This document shows positions 23,380 through 33,279 of a stretch of DNA of 64,000 bases, one piece after another. This DNA is from an uncultured delta proteobacterium. GTDB lineage: Bacteria > Myxococcota_A > Polyangia > Polyangiales > Polyangiaceae. The translations under genes were made by a program, and so were the position numbers. The number at the start of each line of letters is the position of its first letter. The stretch's first letter is position 1. The stretch covers positions 1,280,001 through 1,344,000 of the forward strand of contig CAWJCS010000006.1 in NCBI GenBank assembly GCA_963841435.1, in the 5' to 3' direction. The notes beneath the pieces are model-generated. The model did no database searches. It saw nothing but the letters and a program-made list of their open reading frames with translations, and was not told where the DNA came from.

Positions 23380-23960
23380 CCGGTTACGCCGCCGCCCGGC
23401 CTCCCGGCGTCGGCTACGCCGTTTACGCCGCCGTTTACGCGGCCGGCCGACCACCGCCCGCCGCCGCCGGTCGCCGTCAACGCGGGTCGCGTCAACGCCC
23501 GGTCGCGTCAACGCCCGGTCGCGTCAACGCCCGGTCGCGTCAACGCCCGGTCGCGTCAACGCCGACGCCCGTCGCCGTTGCGTCGCCGCCCGTCGCCGTT
23601 ACGCCGCCGCCCGTCGCCGTTACGCCGCCGCCCGTCGCCGCCCGTCGCCGCCCGTCGCCGCCCGTCGCCGCCCGTCGCCGCCCGTCGCCGCTACGCCGCC
23701 CGTCGCCGCCCGTCGCCGCTACGCCGCCCGTCGCCGCTACGCCGCCCGTCGCCGCTTACGCCGCCCGTCGCCGCTACGCCGCCCGTCGCCGTTACGCCGC
23801 CGCCCGTCGCCGTTACGCCGCCGCCCGTCGCCGTTACGCCGCCGCCCGTCGCCGTTACGCCGCCGCCCGTCGCCGTTACGCCGCCGCCTGTCGCCGCTAC
23901 GCCGCCGCCTGTCGCCGCTACGCGCCGCCCGTCGCCGTTACGCGGCCGCCCGTCGCCGCC
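23380..23960. repeat. C-rich composite tandem array (16-bp GTCAACGCCCGGTCGC, 10-bp CCCGTCGCCG and 21-bp CCGCCCGTCGCCGTTACGCCG units)
   Basis: Periodicities read directly at about 23491-23560, 23631-23690 and 23780-23920. Confidence 0.9.
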
Positions 23961-24870
23961 CGCGGCGTCTCCGCCGCAGCAGGAGGGCGGCGCCGAGGGG
24001 GGCGAGCGCGAAGAGCATCGTGGGGCTGTCGCGGCGATCGCTGGAGACGCTGCAGCCGCCGTCGTCGGTGACCGCGCACTGGCTCGAGAAGCCGTGGCGC
24101 GGGGTGCATTGGTTCGCATTCACGCTGCGATCCGGGGGGTAGGCGAGGCAGATGGCTTCGATGTCGTCGGCGTCGAGGGTGCGCTGGTGGGTGTCCTTTG
24201 GCCGGTAGTCCGGGTACATGGTCGCCCCGCGCAGCTGCGAGTGCGAAAGCCCCAGGAAATGCCCGACCTCATGCGTCACGACCGCGAGAAGGTCCGTGTC
24301 GATGAGTGCCACATCGTCGGTCGTCGTGAACGTGGCCTCGAACGAGTTGATCTCGACGTCGGCGTCGTAGATCTCGGCGTTTTCGGTGTTGTAGGTGACC
24401 GTCGTCAGCGCGAGCGTGTCTTCGGCGTTCTTGTAGGGCCAGGAGTTGTCGCGGAACATGAAGATGTTCGCGTTCGCTTGCGACTGGTTGTACTCGACGC
24501 GATTGCAGCTCACGGCGCCGAGGTCCTGCACCTCGATGCTCGCGAGCCCGCCGCCGCAGTCCGCCCCCTGCCACGTCGAGAACGCCTGATCGATGATGGC
24601 GCTCACCGTCTCGAAGTCGATGCCGTCCGCCGGCGAGCCGTCGCGCTGCACGGCGTACGAGACGCACGTCGCCGGCCAGTGCAAAGGCTGCCCCTCGAGC
24701 AAACACCCCACGCTGTCACGCGTGCAAGGCGGGTCCGGCTCCGACTGCCACACGTCGTCGTACGCGGGGCGGTTGTCGCAGGCTTTGGTGAGGCAGTAGG
24801 CGCGCGCTTCTCCGGCGACGCCCACCACGGCGAACGCGGCCAGCACGGCGAGGTGAGGGAGGGCGCGCAT
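23938..24870 (-). CDS. Matrixin-family (M10-like) zinc metalloprotease with MYXO-CTERM-like tail
   Basis: Signal peptide ending ARA, DADVEIN, HEVGHFLGLSH, ATMYP Met-turn, GGCS...hydrophobic...RRRR tail. Confidence 0.88.
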   Translation of the reverse strand: MRALPHLAVLAAFAVVGVAGEARAYCLTKACDNRPAYDDVWQSEPDPPCTRDSVGCLLEGQPLHWPATCVSYAVQRDGSPADGIDFETVSAIIDQAFSTWQGADCGGGLASIEVQDLGAVSCNRVEYNQSQANANIFMFRDNSWPYKNAEDTLALTTVTYNTENAEIYDADVEINSFEATFTTTDDVALIDTDLLAVVTHEVGHFLGLSHSQLRGATMYPDYRPKDTHQRTLDADDIEAICLAYPPDRSVNANQCTPRHGFSSQCAVTDDGGCSVSSDRRDSPTMLFALAPLGAALLLRRRRRGRRRAAA

Positions 24871-25418
24871 CAGCGTGTGGCGCGCACGAGGCGCAGTGCG
24901 TCGGCGAGCAGCGAGCCGTCGAGGCGCCGGATCGCCGCGTTCGGCGCGTCGATGAGCGCGGGTAGGGCGGCGCTCTTGTGAAGGACGCGGCCGCGCGTCT
25001 CGCGCGCAATCGGGAAGTGCCCCTGCGCCATGGCAGTCACGGCGAAGAGCTCGGCGCCGACGCCACGGGCAAAAAGTAGAGACGCACGCCCCGGCACGAG
25101 CTCCGCCTCGCCCTCGACCAGCTGGCCGATTTTGCCGACCTTGCCGCCGAGTGTTTGCACCATGAGCTCCCCCGCGTCGGGCTTCTGCCCGGTGACGAGC
25201 TCGTCGATGCGGACCCGCGTCGTGGTCACGATGCGGCGGGAGTCGCCAACCTCCTGCCAGCTCGAGGCTTGCTCGAGGGCCGTGGCCAGCACCACCGTGT
25301 TGCTCTTGTGGACCAGGTCCTCGACCGACAGGGCCCGAGCGATGGTCGCCGAGGCCCGCGACGGCCAAAAACCGACGCCCAAGGCGCCGAAGAGCGCCAG
25401 GGCTCCCCGCCGGTTCAT
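24870..25418 (-). CDS. Secreted hypothetical protein, companion of the matrixin gene
   Basis: Twin-Arg-like N-terminus (NRRG), LGGKVG..GQ.V.G motif, translationally coupled to the protease. Confidence 0.7.
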   Translation of the reverse strand: MNRRGALALFGALGVGFWPSRASATIARALSVEDLVHKSNTVVLATALEQASSWQEVGDSRRIVTTTRVRIDELVTGQKPDAGELMVQTLGGKVGKIGQLVEGEAELVPGRASLLFARGVGAELFAVTAMAQGHFPIARETRGRVLHKSAALPALIDAPNAAIRRLDGSLLADALRLVRATR

Positions 25419-25478
25419 ACTCGAGATCCTAGCATGGGCCCCTGAGCGCGGCTTGCGCTATAACCCCGGCCCGGCCGC

Positions 25479-28172
25479 ATGCCGCCCATCGCTTCCGCGC
25501 CGTCGTCGGTGCCGCCCCTCGACCGCCGGTCGCCGAACCTGGCTGGCGAGCTCAAGGCCTATGTCACGCGTCATCGCGGCGCCGTGGAGGGAATGGTGCG
25601 TCGTGCCGACGCCGACGCAGGCCTGCCGGCCGCCATCCGCTTCGGCAAGATCATCGACGGCCTGCTCGCCTCGCTGTTCCAGATGCTCGAGTCGGGCCTC
25701 GCGGCCGACGGCGCGGCGCTGCCCCTGGGCCTCGTGGCGGTCGGTAGCTACGGTCGCGGCGAGCCTGCACTGCACAGCGACCTCGACGTGCGCCTCGTCT
25801 CCACGGCGCGGCCCGAGAACGTGCGCCCGATCGCCGAGGCGATGCTCTACCCATTGTGGGACGCGGGCTTGAGCCTCGGTCACCAGGTCGTCGCGCCCAA
25901 CGACGTGCTCGACCTTGCGCAGACCGATCTGCCGACGGCGACGACGCTGCTCGACTGGCGCGTCGTCGTGGGCGACCGCCTGCTCAGCGAGAAGCTTTTG
26001 ACGCGCGCTTTCGAGGGACTCTTCGGCGTTGGCAATATTTCCAAGTTCTTGGAGCGGCTGTCGTCGCGCGTGGGCGATCGTGGGGAGCGCTACGGCGGGT
26101 CGGTGTACCTGCTCGAGCCCGAGGTGAAGAACGGCATCGGCGGCTTGCGTGATCTGGATGTCGCGCGCTGGGCAGCGCGCGCGCGCTTTCGCGTCGGCGA
26201 GCTCAAGGAGCTCGTGCGGCTCGGCGTCCTGCTCGCGCGCGAGTGGCAGCAGCTCGAGCAGGCGACGCTCCTGCTCTGGCGCGTGAGAAACTTGCTGCAT
26301 TTGTACGCCGGCCGCCGCTCGGATCGCCTGAGCTTCGATCGCCAGGAAGCGCTCGCCAAGGATCTCGGCTACGGCTCGGGTGGCGCGGGGGTCGAGGCGT
26401 TCATGAGCGACTACTACCGGCAGGCGCGTGTCATCGCGCAATGCCGCGAGCTCATCTTGCAGCGCGCCGAGCCGCCGCCCAAGCGGCGCCCGCGCGAGCG
26501 CAGCATCGGCCACGGGCTCAAGATCACCAACGACCAGATCTCGATCGAGAATCAGGCCGCGCTCGAGCAGGATCCGGCGCTCGCTCTGCGCGCCTACGAC
26601 GAGGCGGTGCGCCGGTCGTTGCCGGTCTACGGCTTCGCCCGCGACGCCATCGCGCGCGCGCTGTCGTCGCCGACGTTCTGCGAGCGGCTCCGCGCGAGCG
26701 ACGAAGCGTCGCGGCTCTTCGTACGGCTCTGCACGGTGGCGCAGCGCACGCGGCTACGTGGCGGCTCGGTGCTTGCGGAGCTGCACGACGTCGGCCTGCT
26801 CGTGGCGATGATCCCCGAATTTTCGCCGGTCGTCGGTCGCGTCCACCACGACCTTTACCACACGTTCACGGTCGACGTTCACTCCGTGGCCGTCGTCGAT
26901 CAGCTTCGCGCGTTCGTGCGTGGCGAGCTCGCGGTGGAGCACCCGCTGGCCTCGCGCCTCGCTGCGGAGATTTCACGCCCCATCGTGCTCTTCTTTGCGT
27001 CGCTCTTGCACGACATCGGCAAGGACGAGGGCGGCAAGAATCACTCCGAGCGCGGCACGGTGATGGCCCGCTCGATCCTCACGCGCCTCGGCGTGCCGGA
27101 GGCCGACGTGCGCGAGGTCGAGCACCTCGTGCTCAAGCACCTTCGCATGTACCACGTGGCAACGCGGCGCGACATCGACGATCCCGACACGCTCGCGGCA
27201 TTTTGCGATGAAGTGCACGGTCGCGAGGGACTTCGCGAGCTCTACCTGCTCACGTTGTGCGACGTCTCGATGACGAGCCTCGGGGCGCTCAGCAGCTGGA
27301 AGGCACGCGTGCTCGAACAGCTCTATCTCTCGGCCGATCAGCGGCTGTCGTCGGACGGCGCGCCCCAGGGCGAGGAGCGCCTCGACAACGTGCGCGCCGC
27401 CGTGCGAGCGCTCTGCCCCGAGCGCGGCGAGCGCGTGTTCTTGGATCACTTCCTCGGCGCGATGCCGGAGCGCTACCTCTACGCGAACGAGCCGGGCGAG
27501 ATCGTGCGCCATTCGCGCTTCGCGCGCGCCGCCCAGCAGAAGCAGGTCAACGTTACGGTGATGACGACCGACGCGCACTACGTCGAGCTCGGCTTCATCG
27601 CCGAGGATCGCCCCGGCTTGCTCGCCATGGTCACGGCGACGCTCGCCTCGGTGCGCTGCAAGATCCTGAGCGCGCAGGTCTACAGCTGGGTCGATACGTT
27701 CGGCCGCACGCGAGCGCTCGACTTGTTCTGGGTGCGTTCGGGAACCTCGCCCGTGACGGTGCAGAACGCCGTGCCGCGCATCGAGCGCGAGTTCCAGCGG
27801 CTCCTCTCGCAGGAGCTGACGCCGGCCGAGCTCGTGACCGGCGGCGCGCGGCGCTCGACGTTCTCGGATCGCCCGGCGCCCGCCATCACCACCGAGGTGC
27901 ACGTCGACAACCGCGTCTCGCACAACCAGACCGTGATCGAGGTGACGACGCGCGATCAGGCGGGGCTTCTGTTCTGGCTCAGCCACACCCTGCAGGTGCT
28001 TGGCCTGCACATCAACCTCGCCAAGATCAACACCGAGGGTAACCAGGTGGCCGACGTTTTCTACGTCACCGACGACGACGGAGCCAAGGTGACGAACCCC
28101 GAGCGCATCGAAAGCATCAAAGGGCGTCTGGCTCATACGATCCATCGCCTCGAGGAGACGCAAAAGACATGA
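25479..28172 (+). CDS. glnD: [Protein-PII] uridylyltransferase/uridylyl-removing enzyme
   Basis: NTase GSYGRGE...SDLD, LEPEVKNGIGGLRD, YHTFTVDVH, LLHDIGK (HD domain), two ACT domains (DRPGLL, DQAGLL). Confidence 0.93.
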   Translation: MPPIASAPSSVPPLDRRSPNLAGELKAYVTRHRGAVEGMVRRADADAGLPAAIRFGKIIDGLLASLFQMLESGLAADGAALPLGLVAVGSYGRGEPALHSDLDVRLVSTARPENVRPIAEAMLYPLWDAGLSLGHQVVAPNDVLDLAQTDLPTATTLLDWRVVVGDRLLSEKLLTRAFEGLFGVGNISKFLERLSSRVGDRGERYGGSVYLLEPEVKNGIGGLRDLDVARWAARARFRVGELKELVRLGVLLAREWQQLEQATLLLWRVRNLLHLYAGRRSDRLSFDRQEALAKDLGYGSGGAGVEAFMSDYYRQARVIAQCRELILQRAEPPPKRRPRERSIGHGLKITNDQISIENQAALEQDPALALRAYDEAVRRSLPVYGFARDAIARALSSPTFCERLRASDEASRLFVRLCTVAQRTRLRGGSVLAELHDVGLLVAMIPEFSPVVGRVHHDLYHTFTVDVHSVAVVDQLRAFVRGELAVEHPLASRLAAEISRPIVLFFASLLHDIGKDEGGKNHSERGTVMARSILTRLGVPEADVREVEHLVLKHLRMYHVATRRDIDDPDTLAAFCDEVHGREGLRELYLLTLCDVSMTSLGALSSWKARVLEQLYLSADQRLSSDGAPQGEERLDNVRAAVRALCPERGERVFLDHFLGAMPERYLYANEPGEIVRHSRFARAAQQKQVNVTVMTTDAHYVELGFIAEDRPGLLAMVTATLASVRCKILSAQVYSWVDTFGRTRALDLFWVRSGTSPVTVQNAVPRIEREFQRLLSQELTPAELVTGGARRSTFSDRPAPAITTEVHVDNRVSHNQTVIEVTTRDQAGLLFWLSHTLQVLGLHINLAKINTEGNQVADVFYVTDDDGAKVTNPERIESIKGRLAHTIHRLEETQKT

Positions 28173-29158
28173 AATCAGCGCTTTCCCCGTGCCTCGGGCT
28201 CGTGGTGCTCGCCTGCGCGAGCTCGAGCCCACCGCCCGCGAGTGATCCGAGCCTCGATGAGCCAGCGCCGTCCGGGGAGGCCCGGCCCGCGGCCGTCCCG
28301 GCGTCCAATGCCGACGTCGAGCAGGGCATGGCTTTCCTCGAGAAACAGGATTTCGAGCAGGCGAAGACGGTGCTCGAAGCGGCGCGCAAGAAGGACCCGA
28401 AGGACGCGCAGGCCGCCTTCTATCTCGGTATCGCGCTCGAGGGTCTCGGCGACAAGGCGGGGGCCGTCAAGGAGTACCGCGCGGCGCTCGATCTCGATCC
28501 GAAGCTGCCGGACCCGGCGGTGAACGCTTCGCAGCTGCTCCTGGAAGACAGCGACGCCCAGGGTGCGCTCGCCGTCGTCGACCCTGCGCTAAAGCAGACT
28601 CCAAAGCACCCCGATCTCCTGCTCAATCGCGCCGTTGCGCTCGAAGCGCTCGGCAAGAAGGACGAGGCGCTCGCCGCCTACGGTAGCGCCGCTGCCGTCC
28701 GCCCGAAGGATTTCGCGCTCCACGCGGCCTACGGCGGATTGCTCAGCGAGGCCGGCAAAAGCAAGGAGGCCGTGAAGGAGCTCGATGCCGCGGCTGGCTC
28801 CGACGACCCGGCGCTGCTCGCGAGCGTCGCCTCCGTGCTCACGAAGGAAGGCGCGTTCCCCGAGTGCGTGCGCGCCGTCGAGAAGGCGATGGCGCAGCGG
28901 AAGGTCCCGGCCTTGCTAGTGCGCCGCGGCATCTGCAAGGCGGGCGAGAAGGACGAAAAGGGCGCCGCCGCCGACTACGAAGCCGCCCTCGCGATGGACG
29001 CGAAGTTTGCGCCCGCGCACCACTACTACGGCATCCTGCTCTCGCAGAAAGACAAGAAGAAGGCGCTCGAGCACTTCGACAAAGCCGCCGCCGAAGCCGG
29101 CGACAAGGGCATCGGCCCCGAAGCAAAGAAAATGGCCGCGAAGCTCCGCGGCAAGTAG
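28169..29158 (+). CDS. Tetratricopeptide-repeat lipoprotein
   Basis: Lipobox VLAC and multiple TPR-like helical repeats. Confidence 0.85.
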   Translation: MKSALSPCLGLVVLACASSSPPPASDPSLDEPAPSGEARPAAVPASNADVEQGMAFLEKQDFEQAKTVLEAARKKDPKDAQAAFYLGIALEGLGDKAGAVKEYRAALDLDPKLPDPAVNASQLLLEDSDAQGALAVVDPALKQTPKHPDLLLNRAVALEALGKKDEALAAYGSAAAVRPKDFALHAAYGGLLSEAGKSKEAVKELDAAAGSDDPALLASVASVLTKEGAFPECVRAVEKAMAQRKVPALLVRRGICKAGEKDEKGAAADYEAALAMDAKFAPAHHYYGILLSQKDKKKALEHFDKAAAEAGDKGIGPEAKKMAAKLRGK

Positions 29159-29159
29159 A

Positions 29160-29400
29160 CCCCCGAAGTCTTGCAAGACCAGATCACGATCGTCCCGAAC
29201 GGGAACGCCCCCGAAGTCTCGCAAGACCAGATCACGATCGTCCCGAACGGGAACGCCCCCGAAGTCTCGCAAGACCAGATCACGATCGTCCCGAACGGGA
29301 ACGCCCCCGAAGTCTCGCAAGACCAGATCACGATCGTCCCGAACGGGAACGCCCCCGAAGTCTTGGAAGACCAGATCACGATCGTCCCGAGCGGGAACGC
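29160..29400. repeat. 48-bp tandem repeat x5
   Basis: Unit CCCCCGAAGTCTCGCAAGACCAGATCACGATCGTCCCGAACGGGAACG, near-perfect copies. Confidence 0.95.
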
Positions 29401-29764
29401 CCCAAACTGAAGAACCGGCGGAACGGGCGCCGGCTGCTTCGAGCTCGCGCGAGCCGCCGAGCGTCCCAATCCGGCATCCTGCCCACTCCACGACGAACGC
29501 CCCAAACTGAAGAACCGGCGGAACGGGCGCCGGCTGCTTCGAGCTCGCGCGAGCCGCCGAGCGTCCCGGTCCGGCATCCTGCCCACTCCACGACGAACGC
29601 CCCAAACTGAAGAACCGGCGGAACGGGCGCCGGCTGCTTCGAGCTCGCGCGAGCCGCCGAGCGTCCCAATCCGGCATCCTGCCCACTCCACGACGAACGC
29701 CCCAAACTGAAGAACCGGCGGAACGGGCGCCGGCTGCTTCGAGCTCGCGCGAGCCGCCGAGCGT
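29400..29764. repeat. 100-bp tandem repeat x3.6
   Basis: CCCAAACTGAAGAACC starts at 29401, 29501, 29601 and 29701. Only a 2-nt difference seen (CCCAATCC vs CCCGGTCC). Confidence 0.95.
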
Positions 29765-29771
29765 TTCGATG

Positions 29772-30668
29772 TCAGCTCCCGCCGAGTAGCGCTTCCAAGA
29801 TCCGATCGAGCTCGTCCCACGACGAGTACTTGACCACGATCTCGCCCTTGCCGTCGCGATCCTTGAGCTCGACGCGCGTGCCGAGCTTGCGCTCGAGCCG
29901 GCCCTCGATGTCGCGCACGTTCGCCGATTTCGCTTTCGGGGTCTTGCTCGCGCCGCCCGCGGGCTGCTTGAGGTTCCTGACGAGCGCTTCGGTCTGCCGC
30001 ACGCTGAGGTGGCCCTTGACCACCTTGTCGGCGAGCTCGGAGAGAGCATCGTCGTTCGGGGCGCCGAGCAGCGCGCGCGCGTGGCCCTCGCTGAGCTCGC
30101 CCATGACGACACGCTCGCGCACGCTCTTCGGCAGGCGGAGCAGCCGGAGCGCGTTGGCGATCGACGAGCGATCCTTGCCGACGCGCTCGGCGAGCTTCTC
30201 CTGGGTGTAGCCGTGCTCGCGCACGAGCCGGTCGAGCGCTTCGGCGAACTCGATCGGGTCGAGGTCCTCGCGCTGGACGTTCTCGATGAGCGCGAGCTCG
30301 TAGGCGTCGCGCGCCGAGACCTCGTGCACCACCACCATGACCTCGCGCAGGCCCGCACGCTGTGCGGCGCGCCAGCGGCGTTCACCCGCGATGATCTCGA
30401 AGTCCGTCTCGCCCCGTCGCCTGACGACGAGCGGCTCGAGCAGGCCGTGGATCCTGATCGAGTCGGCGAGCTCGTCGAGGCGCGCGCTGTCGAAGTGCTG
30501 CCGCGGCTGGTCGCGCTGCGGAAAGATGCGCTCGAGCGCACACGAAAAGACGTTGCCTTCGCCGTACGCGTTCGCGGGGCGCTCGGGTGTCACCGGGGCA
30601 CGCATCGGCAAGAGCGCGTCGAGGCCCCGCCCGAGCCCGCGCACGGGGCGCTTGGTGGGCTCCGTCAC
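29772..30668 (-). CDS. parB: Chromosome partitioning protein ParB
   Basis: GLGRGLDALL, QPRQHF, IIAGERRWRA, ALIENVQREDL, HTH, SEGHARAL. GTG start overlaps the parA stop. Confidence 0.95.
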   Translation of the reverse strand: MTEPTKRPVRGLGRGLDALLPMRAPVTPERPANAYGEGNVFSCALERIFPQRDQPRQHFDSARLDELADSIRIHGLLEPLVVRRRGETDFEIIAGERRWRAAQRAGLREVMVVVHEVSARDAYELALIENVQREDLDPIEFAEALDRLVREHGYTQEKLAERVGKDRSSIANALRLLRLPKSVRERVVMGELSEGHARALLGAPNDDALSELADKVVKGHLSVRQTEALVRNLKQPAGGASKTPKAKSANVRDIEGRLERKLGTRVELKDRDGKGEIVVKYSSWDELDRILEALLGGS

Positions 30669-31429
30669 GCGGTGACCTCGATGACCTCGCGTGCGAGGCT
30701 CAGGTAGCCCTGTGCGCCTTTCGACCCGGCGTCGTAAAGCAACGCCGGCAGGCCATGCGAGGGCGCTTCGCTCAGGCGCACGTTGCGCGGAATGATGGTC
30801 TCGAAGACGCGGAAATGGCGTTTCACCTCGTCGGCGACCTGGTGGGCGAGCCGATTTCTCGGGTCCCACATCGTGAGCACGATGCCGTCGAGCGTGAGGG
30901 TCGGGTTGAGCGAGGACTTCACGCGGTCGATCGTGGCCATCAGGTAGGTGATGCCTTCGAGTGCGTAGTACTCGGGTTGCAGCGGCACGATCACGCGCTT
31001 GGCGGCGACCAGCACGTTCAGCGTGAGCACGCCGAGCGAGGGCGGCGAATCGAGGATGACGTACTCGTAGCGACCCATGTCCGGATCGTCGAGTAGCGCG
31101 GCGAGGTGCGTGCCGCGGTTCTCCTCGAACAGCTCGTACTCGACGCCGACGAGGTCCTGCGTCGAGGGCGCGACATCGAGCATCTCGATCTTCGTGCGGC
31201 AGAGCACGTCGGCAAGGCGGCGCCCTCCGACGAGCGCGTCGTAAATCGTCCGCTCCGATGTGCCCGGTCGCACGCCCACGCCGCTCGAGGCGTTGCCCTG
31301 CGGGTCCATATCGATGAGCAGGGTGCGCCGCTCGGCTGCCGCCAAGCTTGCGGCGAGGTTGACCGCCGTCGTGGTCTTTCCCACGCCGCCCTTCTGGTTG
31401 GCGATGGCGATGATGTGAGGGCCGGGCAT
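30665..31429 (-). CDS. parA: ParA/Soj ATPase
   Basis: NQKGGVGKTT, DMDPQGNAS, DSPPSLG, EYYALEG, IPRNVRLSEAPSHG. Confidence 0.96.
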   Translation of the reverse strand: MPGPHIIAIANQKGGVGKTTTAVNLAASLAAAERRTLLIDMDPQGNASSGVGVRPGTSERTIYDALVGGRRLADVLCRTKIEMLDVAPSTQDLVGVEYELFEENRGTHLAALLDDPDMGRYEYVILDSPPSLGVLTLNVLVAAKRVIVPLQPEYYALEGITYLMATIDRVKSSLNPTLTLDGIVLTMWDPRNRLAHQVADEVKRHFRVFETIIPRNVRLSEAPSHGLPALLYDAGSKGAQGYLSLAREVIEVTA

Positions 31430-31634
31430 CAGAGGCTCAGGGTGCGCAGACTATCCTGTCGGTCCGGCGGGTGCGCGGCTCGGGTTCCGGCGCAACAAAG
31501 GTTTTGGGGAAAGGCCGAATCGATCGGCGCCGCAAGCCCCGCGTGGAGCGGCTTTCCGTGATGCCCGAGGCGCTCGAGGGGAGCACCGCCCTCGGTCGAT
31601 CGGAGCCGCTTTTTTGGAGCGGGAGTGGAGACCG

Positions 31635-31685
31635 CCTACATTGTAGTCAGATGTAGGTCTAAGTAGGTGAGTGTAATCTTAGACC
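31635..31685. promoter_or_regulatory. AT-richer overlapping inverted repeats upstream of a small ORF
   Basis: CCTACAT(31635)..ATGTAGG(31657) and GGTCTAAG(31656)..CTTAGACC(31685). The repeats are seen; the function is inferred. Confidence 0.45.
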
Positions 31686-31701
31686 GGAGAGGATTCCCCA
31701 G

Positions 31702-31881
31702 ATGGCAGACCCACGAGGCTATTCGACTTTCCAGGACTTTCAGCGCGAGGAGCTCCGCCCCGATATGCGCATCGGCTGGTCCACCGACGAGATCGAGCAC
31801 AACGGCCAGGCCCTGGACTTCGACATGGACCCGTTCGAGGCCGCGCTGTTTCAGGCCGAGCAGGAAGAAAACGAAGACTAG
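31702..31881 (+). CDS. Small acidic hypothetical protein (59 aa), below the ORF-track cutoff
   Basis: GGAGAGGA RBS. MADPRGYSTFQDFQREELRPDMRIGWSTDEIEHNGQALDFDMDPFEAALFQAEQEENED*. GC3-biased codons. Confidence 0.75.
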   Translation: MADPRGYSTFQDFQREELRPDMRIGWSTDEIEHNGQALDFDMDPFEAALFQAEQEENED

Positions 31882-31993
31882 GGAGGGCGGCGGCGGGGGC
31901 GCCGAAGGCGTCCCCGCCCGACAACGCTTGGGGTCGTGGGGGAAACTACTGGTTTGACCCGAAGAAGCCGGCGGGTAAGTTCCGGGGCCTTCC

Positions 31994-33268
31994 ATGCAGG
32001 TCACCGTCTCCCGGCTCAGCCCGGTCCTGGTCGAGTTCAACGTCGAGATCGACAAACAGCGCGTGAGCGAGGAGGTCGAGAAGGCCTACTCGAACGTGGC
32101 GCGCAACGCGAAGGTGAGAGGCTTCCGGCCCGGCAAGGCGCCACGCCGCGTGCTCTCGCACGTGTACGGGCCGCGCATCGCCAGTGACGTTGCCGAGCGC
32201 CTCGTCGAGGAAACGTATCCGCAGGCGGTGACGGGTCAGAACCTGCAGCCCGTCGGCTCGCCGGCGATCGAGCGCAAGACGCTGCTCGAGGATCAGCCGT
32301 TTTCCTACAAGGTGCGCGTCGAGGTGCTGCCGGCGATCGAGAGCGTGTCGTACGAGGGGCTCACGGCCAAGCGCACGAAGCCCGTCGTCACCGACGAGCA
32401 AGTGAAGGCGGAGCTCGATCGTCTGCGCGAGGGGCATGCGACGCTCGAGGAGCCGAAGGAAGCGCGTGGCGCCGCGAGTGGCGACGTCGTGACGCTCGAT
32501 TTCCAGGTCGAGGTGGACGGCGAAATCGTCGCCGACGCAGGCGCGACGGACTTTCGCGTGCAAGTCGGCCGCGGCCAGCTGCTCACCGTCATCGACGACG
32601 CCCTCGTGGGCCTGAAGGTGGGCGAGCAGAAGACCGTCGAGGTCGACATGCCGGCCGGGCACCCGCACAAGAAGCTCCGCGGCAAGAAGGCGATGTTCCA
32701 GGTGACGCTGAAGGCGCTGAAGGAGCGCGTGCTTCCGGCGGCCGACGACGAGTTCGCAAAAGATCTCGGCGAGTTCGAGACCCTCGCCGCCCTCGAGCAG
32801 GGTTTGCGCGAGCGTCTCGAGAAGCAGGCGACCGAAGCGAGCGAGAACGCGCTTGCCGAGCAGCTCGTCGTCGAGCTCTGCAAGGCGAACCCGGTGGCCG
32901 TGCCGCCATCGCTCGTCGAACGCCAGATGCGCATCACCGAGCAGGAGATCCTCGCGCGCGCCCGGGCGCAGGGTGGTCAGGCGTCAGGGCTCGGCGAAGA
33001 GCTCAAGCAGAAGGTGCGGGCCGACAGCGAGCTCAAGGTGCAGGCTGGCCTTTTGATGGCCGAGGTCGCCAAGAAGGAAGCTCTCAAGATTGGCGACGAA
33101 GAAATCGAAAAAGGGCTCGCCGAGCTCGCCGAGCAATCGGGGAAAAACCTCGCGAAGCTCCGGGTCGAGTACCGCGAGCCGCAGAAGCGCGAGATGCTGA
33201 TCGGGATGATTTTGGAAAATAAGGTGCTGGACATCATCCAGGCTAAGGCCAAGATCGAGGAAGACTGA
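31994..33268 (+). CDS. tig: Trigger factor
   Basis: GFRPGKAP ribosome-binding motif, FKBP-like middle domain, position before clpP-clpX. Confidence 0.95.
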   Translation: MQVTVSRLSPVLVEFNVEIDKQRVSEEVEKAYSNVARNAKVRGFRPGKAPRRVLSHVYGPRIASDVAERLVEETYPQAVTGQNLQPVGSPAIERKTLLEDQPFSYKVRVEVLPAIESVSYEGLTAKRTKPVVTDEQVKAELDRLREGHATLEEPKEARGAASGDVVTLDFQVEVDGEIVADAGATDFRVQVGRGQLLTVIDDALVGLKVGEQKTVEVDMPAGHPHKKLRGKKAMFQVTLKALKERVLPAADDEFAKDLGEFETLAALEQGLRERLEKQATEASENALAEQLVVELCKANPVAVPPSLVERQMRITEQEILARARAQGGQASGLGEELKQKVRADSELKVQAGLLMAEVAKKEALKIGDEEIEKGLAELAEQSGKNLAKLRVEYREPQKREMLIGMILENKVLDIIQAKAKIEED

Positions 33269-33279
33269 GGTCACCCGCC

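Noticed and set aside
21932..24142. Arg/Ala/Pro-rich ORFs over the transposase-flanking arrays
   Set aside because: Several frames on both strands are open because of low-complexity GC repeats.
29160..29764. CRISPR array
   Set aside because: The units are identical end to end with no unique spacers, and there are no cas genes in the window.
28864..30541. ORFs crossing the 48/100-bp repeats (e.g. 29171-29410)
   Set aside because: They are products of stop-poor repeats and overlap real genes; no RBS or domain support.
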